A stretch of DNA of 63,863 nucleotides, filler included, from Psammoneis japonica (taxonomy: Eukaryota): the NCBI GenBank assembly GCA_008632985.1. It is 3 parts of 3 records of this genome, joined end to end, with 100 filler letters (N's around TTAATTAATTAA, not from the genome) between each part and the next. Parts side by side here need not be neighbours in the genome. Positions count along the whole stretch, not along the records: positions 29,948 to 59,394 come from QPGO01000402.1; positions 59,495 to 63,863 come from QPGO01000515.1; 1 more part is not named here. The stretch is one strand, 5' to 3'. The translations under genes and the position numbers were made by a program. Positions 49,194 to 61,429 of the stretch are shown here, one piece after another. The notes under the pieces were generated by a model. That model did not search any database, was not told the origin of the DNA, and saw nothing but the letters and a program-made list of their open reading frames with translations. The first letter of the stretch is position 1, and every line of letters starts with the position of its first letter.

Positions 49194-51742
49194 TCATGGA
49201 CTCAGCTTCTCCAGAACCGTCATGGAAAGCTGTCCACGTGTTTCATCAATGCCTTCCACACGTACCCGTACAACGTCTCCTCGAGAAATGTCACTTTCTT
49301 TGTTAGCCTCCCCGAATGCGGCCACCAGCTTGGCGACACCAACAGGGACATGTTCAAGCTCTGGTTGAACGTAGTACCAATCTCCAGTGTTGGATGTAGC
49401 CTTAACGACGCCATCGCATTCCGTGCCTTTCAACTTTGAAATTTGGCTTATTCCGCCCAGCTGAGATATCAATTTAGACTTCTTCTTATCTGCCTCCTTT
49501 CTCTGCTTCATATCTTTTGCCTTTTTGCCTTGAATAGAAGGATCAGTGGTGACCATAAATCGACCAGATTGTTTTGAAACTGACTTGATGTAAACGTCGA
49601 CGTAATCACCAGCATTCACGAACAAGGGTACTCGCGTCGGTGACGGATCTACCTCCTCGACAGCACTATCCTCACTCATTTTCGTATCTTCAGGCCCAAT
49701 TTCTTCCTCCTCATTCTCCTTCTCGTCCACAGCAGCAGCACTTTCACTGTCTTGCATCATTAACTTTGAAATAGCATCAAGGCGTTCTTCAGCTGACATT
49801 CCTGCAAACGCCTGAAAGTCTCCGTCATCGTCGTCTGCCTCGTCTTCGTCAAACGCATCCATCTCCCTGTCCTCGGTATCGCCATCATCTACGAGAAGGA
49901 TCTCTCCGGTTTCAGGGTCTTTATAGGTCAATCCCTCTTCACCCATTGTAAACAAGTCCGTAATATCTTCAACAAGTTCTTCTCCCTCCTCGTCATCTTG
50001 TGCTTCCTGGTGGTCACTTTCCGTGTCATCGGCTGAAATGACGGTTTCAAGTAAACCAGCTTCATCTTCTGAGAGTTCGTCGCGAAAAAGCGCAAGTAAG
50101 TTTCTTAATTCCTCATCAGTTGCATCGTCATCAGCGCTATCGCTTTGGGCAATTATCTCTGCATCTTCTTCCTCCTCTTCTTCGTCATCTTCTACTTGAA
50201 ACAAGTCCGCAATAGAGTCTACGTTCTCACCACTCAGATCTTCCCATTCATCATCACCGCCATCCTCAATCTCAAACAAGTCTTCAATGGTCTTTGCTTC
50301 ATCGGCATCCATTTCAACCACTTCCCTCTCGTACATTGCACTCTGCTTCCTCACAGATGGTCCTCTGCGGCCTCGGCCTTTGACCGGCTTCGTTAAATCT
50401 TCAAATCGAAGCATACCCAAGACTCGTGTCATTCCACCTCCACGTTGCTTTCCCTGCACCCTCCCAACATTGGCATCAACAAATGCTGCGTGACTCTTAG
50501 TCGATACTTTTAATACCTTGGCCTTGAAGGGGCCGTCGCCTACATGCAAGTCTTCCAGATTCTTATCCAGTTTCAGGGACGCCGTTCGACTGACGTGATG
50601 CTGCTCTTGCACCGGCACGAGCCGCTTGAATTGGTATCGAACTTCATTATTATGGTTGTTGCTCAGAGCACAAGTCAAGAGAGGCGATCCACCATCGCCA
50701 GCAGCGTCATACGAAAACACGACGGCTTCCAAGACGGAACCATTCTGAATCCGACCATCATCGACATGATGCTGACCCACACGCAATGCCGCCGACAAGG
50801 ACAAGTGTTTTTGCGCTTTTGTCTTGGGTGATTTGACACGAATCATACCTGTATGCTTCATACGCGGCATTTCCTCCTCCTCCTCGTTGTTGTCTCGCGC
50901 ATCTTCTTTCTGTGATTCTGCTTTAAACTGGACAAGACCAGCTTGCGATGCCATATTACGTGCACGATGCCTTGAAATGGGAAGTATCAGCCAAATGGGA
51001 TTCTTTTCATCTTCTTCCTTATCCAAAGATCGTGCTTTCTGCCAAACACGAAGACCGTATTCCTTTTGAACCTTGCGATGAAACAAATTGCGAAAGAGCG
51101 TTCTAGGTGAATCATATCCCAAGGCTTGTGCGTGCCTCTAAATAGTCGCAGTAATAAGAAACGTGAGAGTTGTATGAAGCATAGAATTTTGTTTTGCAGA
51201 CGAATAGCCAGAACTCACGTTCAAGGACGTTCCCAAATGACTCTTGTAAAAGTTGTTGATTTGGGACAGACTCAACGTGACACCCTTTCCAGTCAAGCCA
51301 ATGGGTTGCTCCTCTCCGCTGAGTTCGTTCAGCGGCTTTCCAAACTTTTCCACAAGATAAAGTATGTTCCATCGCACCATATTTTCACGATCCATATCAA
51401 GAATGCTGCACGGTACCAAGATTGGCGACCCTGACCGACGTCGCTTCTTCCAGGCTTTTCGACCGTGTTCAATGTTGCCCACTTTGACCTTGACGCTTGT
51501 TCCCGGACCTAACGCTGCATACTCGGCACGCATCTTTTGTTCCTGTTTCCCCGACTCGAATCCATCAGTCTAGTATTCAAACATGTTGTAATTTGACGAT
51601 TCCATCCGACTCTACCCAGAGAATAAGGAGATGCAAAGCCCGTCACACTGCGAGAAAGTACCGCAGCCATCAACATCGCGCTGAAACATGCCGAAAAGCC
51701 AACATTCTGCTTTCTTGAAAAATTCAACTGCTCTCTTTTCAA
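49194..51742 (-). CDS. S1 RNA-binding-domain protein with long acidic linker; intron 51138-51218; apparent 1-bp frameshift near 51562; possibly plastid-targeted
   Basis: S1-like motifs KAKVLKV....AFVDANVG, GDYVDVYIKSV, GDVVRVRVEGIDETRGQLSMT; VTG-FAS cleavage-like motif. Confidence 0.75.
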
Positions 51743-52298
51743 AAATTACAACAGTACACTGTCTCTTGCAAACAATATATCAATACAACACAAAGATCAG
51801 GTCTCGGAACACCCACACACACAACAAAGATCCTTCACAATTTCCGTCGTTTTTTCTGTTCTCTGTCGGCTATCATTTTTGATGGCTGCCAACAACGTCA
51901 CGTGTGAGTTTGTCTTTGCGGTGGGTGATCTAACTCATAGAGCACATCAGCCTATTGAGACGTGAAAGCAGGAAAGTTACTTTTCTTAGCTATCTACTCC
52001 TACTCTGAACTCTAGTAGTAGAGTAGCAGATAGAGTTCTCCCTTGAGGCCCTACAGTACGACGATCTCCATTCTTCGCCACTGTGAATTTCCCCAAGATC
52101 TCCTCAACTTCCGTAGGAACCTTCTTGACAGGTGTGGTTTGACCGGCTACTTCCTAGCTAGCTTGGTGTACGATAGGACAGGGTGCTTCAACATGTCATG
52201 CTACACCTACTGAGACGAAACTATTATCCATTGAAAGCAAACGTTGTCCAAGCGCCTTAACAAACTATGTTAGCAATCCCTTGATTCCGTCTTTCACT

Positions 52299-53318
52299 CT
52301 AGCCAACAAAGTACTTGAGTTCTTTCTGTTCGTGCAGCGACACATTACCACTGTACGGCCATGCATCAAAGACGTCAACACCACATTGGGCGAAAAGAGA
52401 CGCTCCAGCACCGCGGTTGGCATGCAAAGCAATGCCACAATAGTTTTCACCGTCGCCATTGCAGTCGTCTTCAATCCACAAGAGAACCTTGTTTCGTCCG
52501 CCGACAAGACTTGGATTCTGACTTGGGCGGTGGCAGTTAGTTGAAGCTTCCAGCACATCCATGGAGATGGAAGTGGTTTGATTGAACTCGTCAATAAACA
52601 TCATTCCATAATCCATCGTACTACGGATCGCCCTCCAGTGGCTATTTTCCGATACGGCAAACTCATCCGGGTACACTGTCTCCCTGACGTTTTTCTTGGG
52701 GTTCTCCCCGCCGCGGTGGTATGCAAAGAGCGCCCATCCGCCTGTAACAGCAACACCATCACGCGTCTGAACTGTAGTGGTTTGGTCGCACCACACCTTG
52801 AATGGCTCGACGCCATTGTTGGGACCGTCCGGGTCAATGCCATAGATTCCATCGTGCGTGAAGCCAGCTTCGTAGTACGCACGGCAGGAGGGAAGAACCG
52901 TGATGTCACCTACATCATCTGATGATTCATCATCGTGACAATCGCAGCGGCCAGGAGGACCAGCCACGTGTCCCACGTTATGCTGGTAGTAGTCACTGTG
53001 GCAATAAAACTCTTGAATGAGATCGCCATATTCATTGACATGAAAGCCTGACGACCTCAGGCATTCATAGTCTTCTTGTAAGCTCTTATACTTTTCTTCC
53101 AAATAGTAGAATCTCTCAAAGAGACCATAACTGCTGTCGGGAGCGAAGCTTTTCAAGTACTGAAGGGTGTCGAAGATGTCGTCGACAGCCCGTTCCAAGC
53201 GCGAGACACGAGCCTTGACGCCAGTTCCGTTTTGAAGCTCACGTTGCGAGGGATCGGTGGTCTCAGTCTCCATGGAGGGGGCAAGGAGAGTAGCCAAGAG
53301 TAAGGATTTTAGAATCAT
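52299..53318 (-). CDS. Secreted protein with coiled coil and fibrinogen-related domain
   Basis: Signal peptide; SC..YYEAG...DGIYGIDPDG...FKVWCD...GGWAL. Confidence 0.8.
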   Translation of the reverse strand: MILKSLLLATLLAPSMETETTDPSQRELQNGTGVKARVSRLERAVDDIFDTLQYLKSFAPDSSYGLFERFYYLEEKYKSLQEDYECLRSSGFHVNEYGDLIQEFYCHSDYYQHNVGHVAGPPGRCDCHDDESSDDVGDITVLPSCRAYYEAGFTHDGIYGIDPDGPNNGVEPFKVWCDQTTTVQTRDGVAVTGGWALFAYHRGGENPKKNVRETVYPDEFAVSENSHWRAIRSTMDYGMMFIDEFNQTTSISMDVLEASTNCHRPSQNPSLVGGRNKVLLWIEDDCNGDGENYCGIALHANRGAGASLFAQCGVDVFDAWPYSGNVSLHEQKELKYFVG

Positions 53319-53746
53319 GGTGGGGGCGAATGTCGTTGTTTACTGTTTTCTGCAGAGCAAAGTGTAGAGGCACACAAAATGTGGTCGAGAGAATTTTATG
53401 AGCACTCTGTTCCTCTCAACTGAGCAACTCACTATGTGCATTGTACTGAAGCCCACAGTGTGTCAGTAGGGCCCCGTAGAATCGACGGAAAAACGGAACA
53501 AAAATAGTTGCTGCCATTGCTGTTGGATTTGATTTTGGATTTTTGTGAAAGTTTCAAAAGTATTTTGCGGTCTGTCCATCGAGCGATAGCGAACCGCAGC
53601 AGGAATAAAAACGACCATAACTTCGCTATCTCTACTGTAGAGAGTAGAGCAACAAGATAGAGCTAGTGCTTTTAGTCATCCGTACATTACTTTTTATGTT
53701 GCTGTGTACTTTTCGCAGAGTCGACAAAGTTTCAACAAGAACTATA

Positions 53747-55433
53747 CTACCAAGATTCCCACGAAGAGAATGGCCGGTTGGAGGTATCCTTGGATTTGGT
53801 CCGTGAGGGTTCGTCGGCGATCATTATTGCGGTCGATGAGCGAAGGAGATCAGTGGAAGACCACGCCATTCGCGAAACAGAAGAAATAGCCTCAGCAGCT
53901 CTTATGCCTCCTGTGATAATCTGCACCGCCACACCCGCCTCTGCAAGACCCATAACTGCAACAGCTCCTCCCAAGACAACGGGAGCAACAATAGTTCCAG
54001 CAACTCCAACCGTAACTGCAGTAGCTAGAGACTTGATTTTGGCTTGTGTTACCTGACGAGGTAGACATGGTTCCAGACACCAGTGTGTGCCCGTATTAGT
54101 ATCATCTTTTACTGTAGAAAGGTTTCCATTTTCTGAACATGACAAATAACGATTGTGGGCTCTGGAAACCAAGCAATGGCCACCGTTTGCCGACTCTTCC
54201 AAAATCCACTTGTGATCATCTTTAGCTTCGTTCTTGTCACGTAAGGGATTAGTACCGTACACCTTACCATTCTCGTTGGATGCCAAGCACTCTGTCGAGC
54301 TTGGGATATCAATAGCACCACTCCAGGCTCGTTGGTGTTTTCAAGTTTCCACTCTTCGGCCTTTTTTCGAAGCGGAAAGCTCGTTGTATAAATATCGGGA
54401 CCACGTACATATGGGCCTTCGGAACCAATGCGCTTTCCATCTCTATCACACAAGAGATAATAAGTTTGCCGATGTGCCGATTCAAACTGCCAAATACAAG
54501 AGTCGTCAAAGAGAAACTTGGTGGTGCTGCTGGTTGAAAACTCGACTCCTTCATACTGAAGAATCCTACTGTGCCTAACGGATTCAATTACAACGCCATG
54601 ATGTCCAGAAGGGGCCTTCTTTATACTCCAGAGAGAATTGTCGTATTCTTCTTCTGACGTGTAGACCTTGCCTGCTTTGTTGGAACAGAGAAATTTTTCA
54701 CCGTGTGCATAAGGTGATATGCGCACGTGGCCACTGTCCGTCTTGGCAATCCGCCATGCTTCCCATCCCTTGTAATTTTTATTCATGGAAAGATTGCCAA
54801 GTATATCGCATCTGATGCGTAAATCAAGAGAAGGAGACGTGATAAAGCAAAGTTCACCACTATTGAACGACACGCGCCAAGTTTCGTTTGGTCCGCCGGT
54901 GGGTTGGTCCGTAGACGGATCGTATTGCTGTCCGGATCACAGACCAATGTCCTGCCAGACATGGCCGATATAAAATAAATCCCACCACTCTGTGCGTCTT
55001 TTACAGCCCACTTGTCGAGCATCTCAAAATGATTCTTTGCCGAGTAAACATTGCCCTTGTCGTCAGAGCAAAAGTACCCGTCATGTTTGGTAGACTGGAG
55101 AACAACCGTGCCGTCACTCTCGGGAATAAGGACAAACTCATCGTTGGCTGATCTGGTGTTTGATAGAAATGCCCCTCCCTTTGAAGTTGTGCATAGTGTC
55201 TTGTTGTTACACGAAAAGACACAGCGAATCGGTTGTTCAGTGCAAGGAAAGTCCATGACTATGCGCCGAACAAAGCTAGAAACGCATTCCACAGTCTGGT
55301 CCTGGTTGTCAACCTTGACTACAGTGACATCTTCTTTCTCTTCCACAGCGATTAGATCCTCTTGCTGCTTCCTAAGTCTACTTGCATCGGGAGGCATGGT
55401 GTTTGGCTCGATCGAAATGTTCTGATCCTCCAT
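53747..55433 (-). CDS. Fascin-like beta-trefoil repeat protein with hydrophobic C-terminus, split over three frames
   Basis: Repeated YL.S...G.V......W.L/I units; frame switches near 54880 and 54290. Confidence 0.65.
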
Positions 55434-55729
55434 GTTTGTTCTTAAGACATGTTGATGTCCCGCGATGCGTTGGATGCGAAAAAGTGAGACAAAATTTTGA
55501 TCAACTTCGACGTCCGTTGAGTCGTATGAAATTTATTCATATTTTAAAATAGTATATATGATTTCAGCTTGACGTACAGTACGTCATCATCCCTGCGCGC
55601 GGTCTCTGTGAAGAGAAAAATAAGAGCTCGACCAAATGTTCCTCACATTTTTTCTTCGTGTTCTTTGTTCCTCACTTTTTGCCGGCACTTTCGCTCGTCC
55701 CGCGACGCCATGGCACAACTGCGTCGACA

Positions 55730-57010
55730 ATGAGAAGGTCAAGCGCTTCTTGCAACGCTCTATCATCGTTAGGAGGTAAAAGCGTCGATATACGAGTAGT
55801 TCCTCCCAAGCGACAGCTTCTTTCCGTTTGTGAATCGTCGCCATGCTTATATCACGAAGGACTACTGTTGGAGCCCACGTCACTGTTTCTTCAAAACAAC
55901 GAAAAACTGCACTTGCCTTCCGAACGACTTGATGAATATTTGCAGAGTATTCCTAGAGTCGCTTCTCGCTCGGAAGAGGTGTTGAAATCAGAAACAAAAG
56001 ATTTGTTGGAGAATGACAAAGTTCGATGCTTGAATGTACTTCAAGGAGAAATTGCTCATGCGACTCGTAAAGAAGCAGACGTCTTGTGCAGTGCTGAAGC
56101 GACGACATGTCATATTGTAGCGTTATACAGTAATTCTGCTTCGCCTTTACAAAACACTTTGCCATTGGCAAGCCTGACCCATGTTGACAAGGTGGGATAC
56201 GATGCTTGTTTACAACGAATGGTACAGGAACACATCAAACATCATAATGCGGATAGCGGTGACGACAATTTCGGCTTTTTCTATGATGAGGAAAGCGAGG
56301 AAGGAACAGAAAACTTTGTGCCGTTAACTGACGTATCTTCTGATGAACCTACAAGGAACGAATCGCCTTCTACAGCGGAAGCGGTGCCATTGATTGAAAT
56401 CGAAATCCATATGCTCGGAGGTTTTCTTGATGACAATGGCAAGTCTCAAGAGCTCTCGACTTCCCTACTCCTTGCGTTTTCCAAACTTGCAAAGAGATTT
56501 GAGGACACGGTCAAGATGAAGATCGTAACTGCTGCCATTTCATGCATGAATTCTTGCGCGGAAACCTTTTCTCCTCTTGGCCGAGGCCTTGGAATAGATG
56601 TTCGAACGGGACATGTCTTTACGGTAAACTCTGTTCCTTCGCAGCTGGCTGGACCTGCACTGCAAGTACGATCTGCACGTATCTTTCGCTCCGACAGGCA
56701 CCGCGAGGAGAAACTTCAAGTCATTCACCATTCCACCTCGAATGGCCAATTGTGTATTGAACCGTTCGATTATGAACACTTTCACCAGCTCGATGCTCTT
56801 GCCAGACTGCCGGATAAAACATTGTTACAACTCACATCAACCTCACCAAATGTGGAAGGAGAGGGATTTTGCGAATCAATACGAAGCACAATTGGGTTCA
56901 TCAAGCGAGTGCCGAGCTGCGAAGTCTTTGGAACTCGCTGTGACGAGCCTCTTCTGTACCGACGAACCAAGAGTAACACTGCACTCAACGATTGGGCCTT
57001 GTGCACATGA
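55730..57010 (+). CDS. NTAN1: Protein N-terminal asparagine amidohydrolase
   Basis: VLQGE.A, S.EATTCHIV, LTHVD, IHMLGGF.D, TSTSP.VE...F; start codon uncertain. Confidence 0.88.
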   Translation: MRRSSASCNALSSLGGKSVDIRVVPPKRQLLSVCESSPCLYHEGLLLEPTSLFLQNNEKLHLPSERLDEYLQSIPRVASRSEEVLKSETKDLLENDKVRCLNVLQGEIAHATRKEADVLCSAEATTCHIVALYSNSASPLQNTLPLASLTHVDKVGYDACLQRMVQEHIKHHNADSGDDNFGFFYDEESEEGTENFVPLTDVSSDEPTRNESPSTAEAVPLIEIEIHMLGGFLDDNGKSQELSTSLLLAFSKLAKRFEDTVKMKIVTAAISCMNSCAETFSPLGRGLGIDVRTGHVFTVNSVPSQLAGPALQVRSARIFRSDRHREEKLQVIHHSTSNGQLCIEPFDYEHFHQLDALARLPDKTLLQLTSTSPNVEGEGFCESIRSTIGFIKRVPSCEVFGTRCDEPLLYRRTKSNTALNDWALCT

Positions 57011-57663
57011 TATCTGTACAGTGAAAGAATTCTCTTGCCTGTTTCCCCGTCCTATTAAAAAGAGGGCGAGTGGCCACCAATTTTGAATATCTGGAAGCTG
57101 AGGATTTTGCTACGAGACTCGGCAGTTTTGACATTTTTAATTTTCCATGCACATAAATGTAATCCGCGTCATGATTATCTCGTGTCCAGAAAGCCATTAG
57201 CTGGCAGCTCAGTCGGACATACGAACGAAAGTTCGAAGAAAGGCCTTCGCTTGCTAGAGTGTTCCTGTGATTTGATGCGGCGTCAGAGCAACCTCTGCCT
57301 GAGCCACTCGAGGCATCGAAAAGTTCACACGAAGCAGCAAAACATGTACTGTTAGATGCGGTACATATTATTCTAGAAGAAGTTGAAACAATGATAGAGA
57401 CAGACATACTGTAGGAAGATGATAGCTAGAGAGCATAGTAGCACAGACGGGCTCAGAGCTGGCTTGGCTGGGCTGGATGGGTTTTGGTGTGGCATAGTAG
57501 CACACGAGACCACTTCCGATGATAACCCCGCTGAGATACCGTACTCCGTACTGGTATTTATTCAGCGATGAGCTTGTTGACTTTCGACAGATATCTAGTC
57601 TAATAGCAGGGCCCCTACATCACACCAAACACCAAGAAGAGGACAAAGAGAAAACAAAACAGC

Positions 57664-59140
57664 ATGCCATTTCTCATTGTTGAGAACCATGAGGGTGAAC
57701 GTGGACGACTTGAAGTGTCTGAGGATGCAACACTTTCTGATGTGCGCGAACAGATTGTTCGGGAAGTGGAACACGACTTTGTTCCAGGAGAGGACTTAAC
57801 TTTTACTTCCGAGACGATGATGACTCTGAAGACGAAAGGCTGGTCCGGATCTTTCGAGACCACGAGAGAAATACAAGGCTTTGGATTTCAAAAAGAAAAA
57901 TCTGACGCTGTTGGGAGCCAAGCGACGCAAGTTGGATGAAGTCAGCGATGATTCGACCCAGGTTGCGGCTGCAATCAAGGTTGAAAACAACGAAGTGGCA
58001 CCACTCGGCGGAAACAAACGGCAACAGTCACTTCACATGAAGAGCAGGATAGCTCTGTCTTTTATGCCGGAGATGGCGTTGATGCGGATGATGACACTGA
58101 AGAAGCAAAGATCAAGGACGAATTTGAAAATGAAACTCCCGATACTACTGTTGCTGGTGGCGGAGACGTAAAAGTCAAGGATGAATTCGAAGAGCGAAAG
58201 AAGCAGCGCAAAGCATTGTACAAGCGATACCAAGACAAACTCTTGCTGCATCGCCACGATCCTATGAGCATTCCAAGATTGGGCGGAGGTGTGCAAGATA
58301 CATTTGTACGCCCAAGAAAGAAGCATCCCAACGTTTTTGACGCACGAGGCAGCTTGAAAAGCACCTACCCAGTTCCAAAGTTCGTGGACGTTGAAGAGTT
58401 TGATGTCACTAAGAAAGACTCCATGCTTCCCTTCACCTACACATGCTACAGTTCCTTGTGGCAACCCAATGGTCCCAAATACGCTGGGCAGCCTAGAGCA
58501 GCTTTGGACGCCATTCCAAAATACTTTGAGGAGAGCGGTGAACCGTTTCCTGTCTTCATGAAACGCAGCTTGACCGAAGGAGATGCTGACAACGAGGGTC
58601 CATTGATAGGCTGGGAGTATGTGGGCAACTACAAGGTTACAAACATTCTTGACGAGGATGATAAGTTCTGGGAAAGCGCTCGTAACTTTTCGAATGCCAG
58701 CAAGAAGGAGATAGCGAAGAAGCATTGTGAATCTACCAGATATGGTCGTGAAAGATTGGNTTGGCGAGCCAGACTAATGGATGAACTTGAAAAGGATCCC
58801 AGTCCAGCAGCTCCTCAACACCTTGTTGAAAGACGCTGCCCAACTGAGATGGAGAGAAACGAGAAACGACCGCCCATGGCAGCACGAGCACGAGCTTTGG
58901 GATTTCAACCCAACATGGACAATGAGGAGTTGTCAAAGCTGCTGGTCGAGTTGGATGAATTCCATGTGCAAGTTCCGGTTGCTTTTGACGAATATGATGA
59001 ACGTATTTATGAATATTGCAACGGGTTTTCAGAGTCTAAATTCTCGCGGAAAAAACGGAAACGGCGGACAACTTCGTCCGGGCGAAGAACCGGCCAAGGC
59101 TGTGGATTGGTACAATTTTGCCGGAGACGAAAGGCTTGAT
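57664..59140 (+). CDS. Hypothetical protein, central domain resembling DUF6697; several frameshifts
   Basis: W.P.GP...GQP, PFPVF, WEYVGNY motifs spread over ORFs 57664, 57881 and 58216. Confidence 0.5.
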
Positions 59141-59394
59141 TACCTATTGAGAACGTAGTGTGTTTATTTGCAGTGAGTTTGTTTTCTGGATTAATCTTAG
59201 CTCAATACTGCAGAGCTTCGTTCTCGAAAATGTATGTACGAGCAAGGTCGTGCAGCGTGTAGGCCCATTTTTTTCGTCGGGGTTCAACCTCAAAACATAA
59301 TACTCGCATCGTACACCAGCATGTAAAGTCCGCCGCCATGTGGCAGCCGCACTTCCCTGCAATCGCGAATGAAATAGGTTGTGGAGTAGGAAAA

Positions 59395-59494
59395 NNNNNN
59401 NNNNNNNNNNNNNNNNNNNNNNNNNNNNNNNNNNNNNNTTAATTAATTAANNNNNNNNNNNNNNNNNNNNNNNNNNNNNNNNNNNNNNNNNNNN
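59395..59494. other. Assembly gap with six-frame-stop linker
   Basis: N-run with central TTAATTAATTAA. Confidence 0.98.
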
Positions 59495-59814
59495 GAGATG
59501 CGCGCAACTCTCGAGTCACACACATTGGTCACCCAACTTGCGGGCCATTGCCTCCGCCCCAACAGCCGAACACACCGTGTTTCTGAGATTGTCAACTTGC
59601 CTTTTTGCCACCTTTTTTGCCCATTCCTCCCAAGTTCCTGACCAATTTGAAGTGTCATGTTGCCACCAGCAATCTGTTTCTGACAAACATTGAGATGCTC
59701 CCATTGCTTGCCAATTCTGACGGGCTGAGAAACTTCACCTGTGGAAAGAGATCATTTCCAGCCACCTTCTCCTCTTCTGGTTTCAGCGCACCATGCGCTG
59801 CCTGCGTGCCCGTT

Positions 59815-60640
59815 CTCTTCAACACTGCCTGAAGTCTCGGGCTGCAGTGCATCCTTGCTCCGAAGAGTGTGCGCCAATGAGGAATGTCCCCATTTGCGTG
59901 GCTGCTGCCATGTGGGTTGATCCAGCCAATGGACAGCCACGCCCACTGCCAGCCCACGAGGCTGTGTTTTTCAGGGAAAGAATGACTGACACCCTGCTGT
60001 GCCCCAGCCAACTGTGAGCAAGTGAGCTGACTGTCCACGACACCCCTCGCCAGTTTGATCCCAACAGCGCGCACTCTGTTGTTTTCCTTGACTTGAAAAT
60101 CAGGGTGCATTTGCGCGCGCAAGGTGTTGCTTTGGTCTTTGACTCACACGAGCTGACTCAGGAGGACATGGAGAACCTCCCTCGGCTGGAACTGACGCCA
60201 TCCCTTGGATGGGAACCTTCTGCTGATACCATGGCGCAAAAGGAGGAAGAGCGCGCATGCGTCAGTGTGTGCCAAGGACCGTCAAAGTCCGGTGGACAGC
60301 TGACAATGATGAGTGCAACCAGGTGCATTGCTTCGGCTTGTTCGTGTCAGACATCCCATCACAATGAGAGCGTCATTGTGGGTGCAAATGACGATGATTC
60401 TCTGCATCGCTGCTTGGCTGCTCAGGCCAGTGCATCTCACAATGACACTGGGGGAGACCGGCCACATGAACGGAACAATCTGGACGTCCACCTGGATTGT
60501 GCCAAGTGGAAAGGGGTGCGTGCACTGTTGACCTTGAGTCGTGCATCGACTGTCACACCGGAGATGCTCTCCAAGAGGTGGAACATTGGTCTGACGGCTG
60601 CCAAGAACACCCTCAGAGTGACGCCCTAGCAGGGGTCCGC
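59815..60640 (+). mobile_element. Decayed Copia-type pol fragment (protease to pre-integrase region), a different family
   Basis: HEAVFF.ERM..TLLCP.QL, VHDTPRQFDP, LELT....WEP, VTPEMLSKRWNIGL.AAK.TL.VT. Confidence 0.75.
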
Positions 60641-60962
60641 AACTTCAAGATCATGGGTTGAGTGAGCACTGGGTGCATGCTCACGGACAGAAGTGTTCGC
60701 GAGCCGGAGGAGTGCTTGGGCACCCAGATCAGAAAGTGCCAGTTGTCTGACTTGGAAAGCAAGGCACGCTGGCCATGTCCTCTGACCTTTGAGTCAAATG
60801 GGCATTGGCTGATGTTGAGTTGGAGCTCAAGCAAATTGACAGGTGTCTTCCGACAAATGCGTCGACGCCCTTGAGCTTGGGAAACAGGCCTGAACTGGAT
60901 GGCTTGAAAGAGTTAAATGCCAAAACGGCCAACTGTCATCAAGGCTTTCTTGGCGTGCTCCA

Positions 60963-61135
60963 AGTTGTTTGTTTTTCTTGAAAAGACATGTTTGTTTTTG
61001 TCAAAAAGACATGTTTGTTTTCCTTGAAACAACGTGTTTGTTTTCCTTCCTTGAAAAGACATGTTTGTTTTCCTTGAAAAGACACATTTGTTTTCTTTGA
61101 AACAACATGTTTGTTCTCCTTTAAACAACATGTTT
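60963..61135. repeat. 23-bp minisatellite block
   Basis: Units ttgaaaagacatgtttgttttcc. Confidence 0.9.
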
Positions 61136-61422
61136 GACGTGTTCCAGGTCCAGGTGGGACCTTGCACTGCTGAACTGTGACATCGACAGGTTTTTGAATC
61201 ACGTCGCATGTCGCGCACGTAGATTTCTACGTGATTTTTTTGACATTTTGTGTCATTTTACGGTGCACTTGTTGAGCGATCCATCCAACAACTTTTGACA
61301 TTTTTTGTCACAGCGCGATTCTACAATGTCTTAAGAATCGTGCAGGGCAGGTGCATTTGCAAAAACGTTGAGTGGCAAGAGGCATGATTGTGCCACAAAC
61401 TTGGCCGTTTGTTTGATGTTGA
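61136..61422. mobile_element. Truncated, hypermutated MITE copy
   Basis: Colinear with 9126-9412; right TIR missing. Confidence 0.9.
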
Positions 61423-61429
61423 AGACAAA

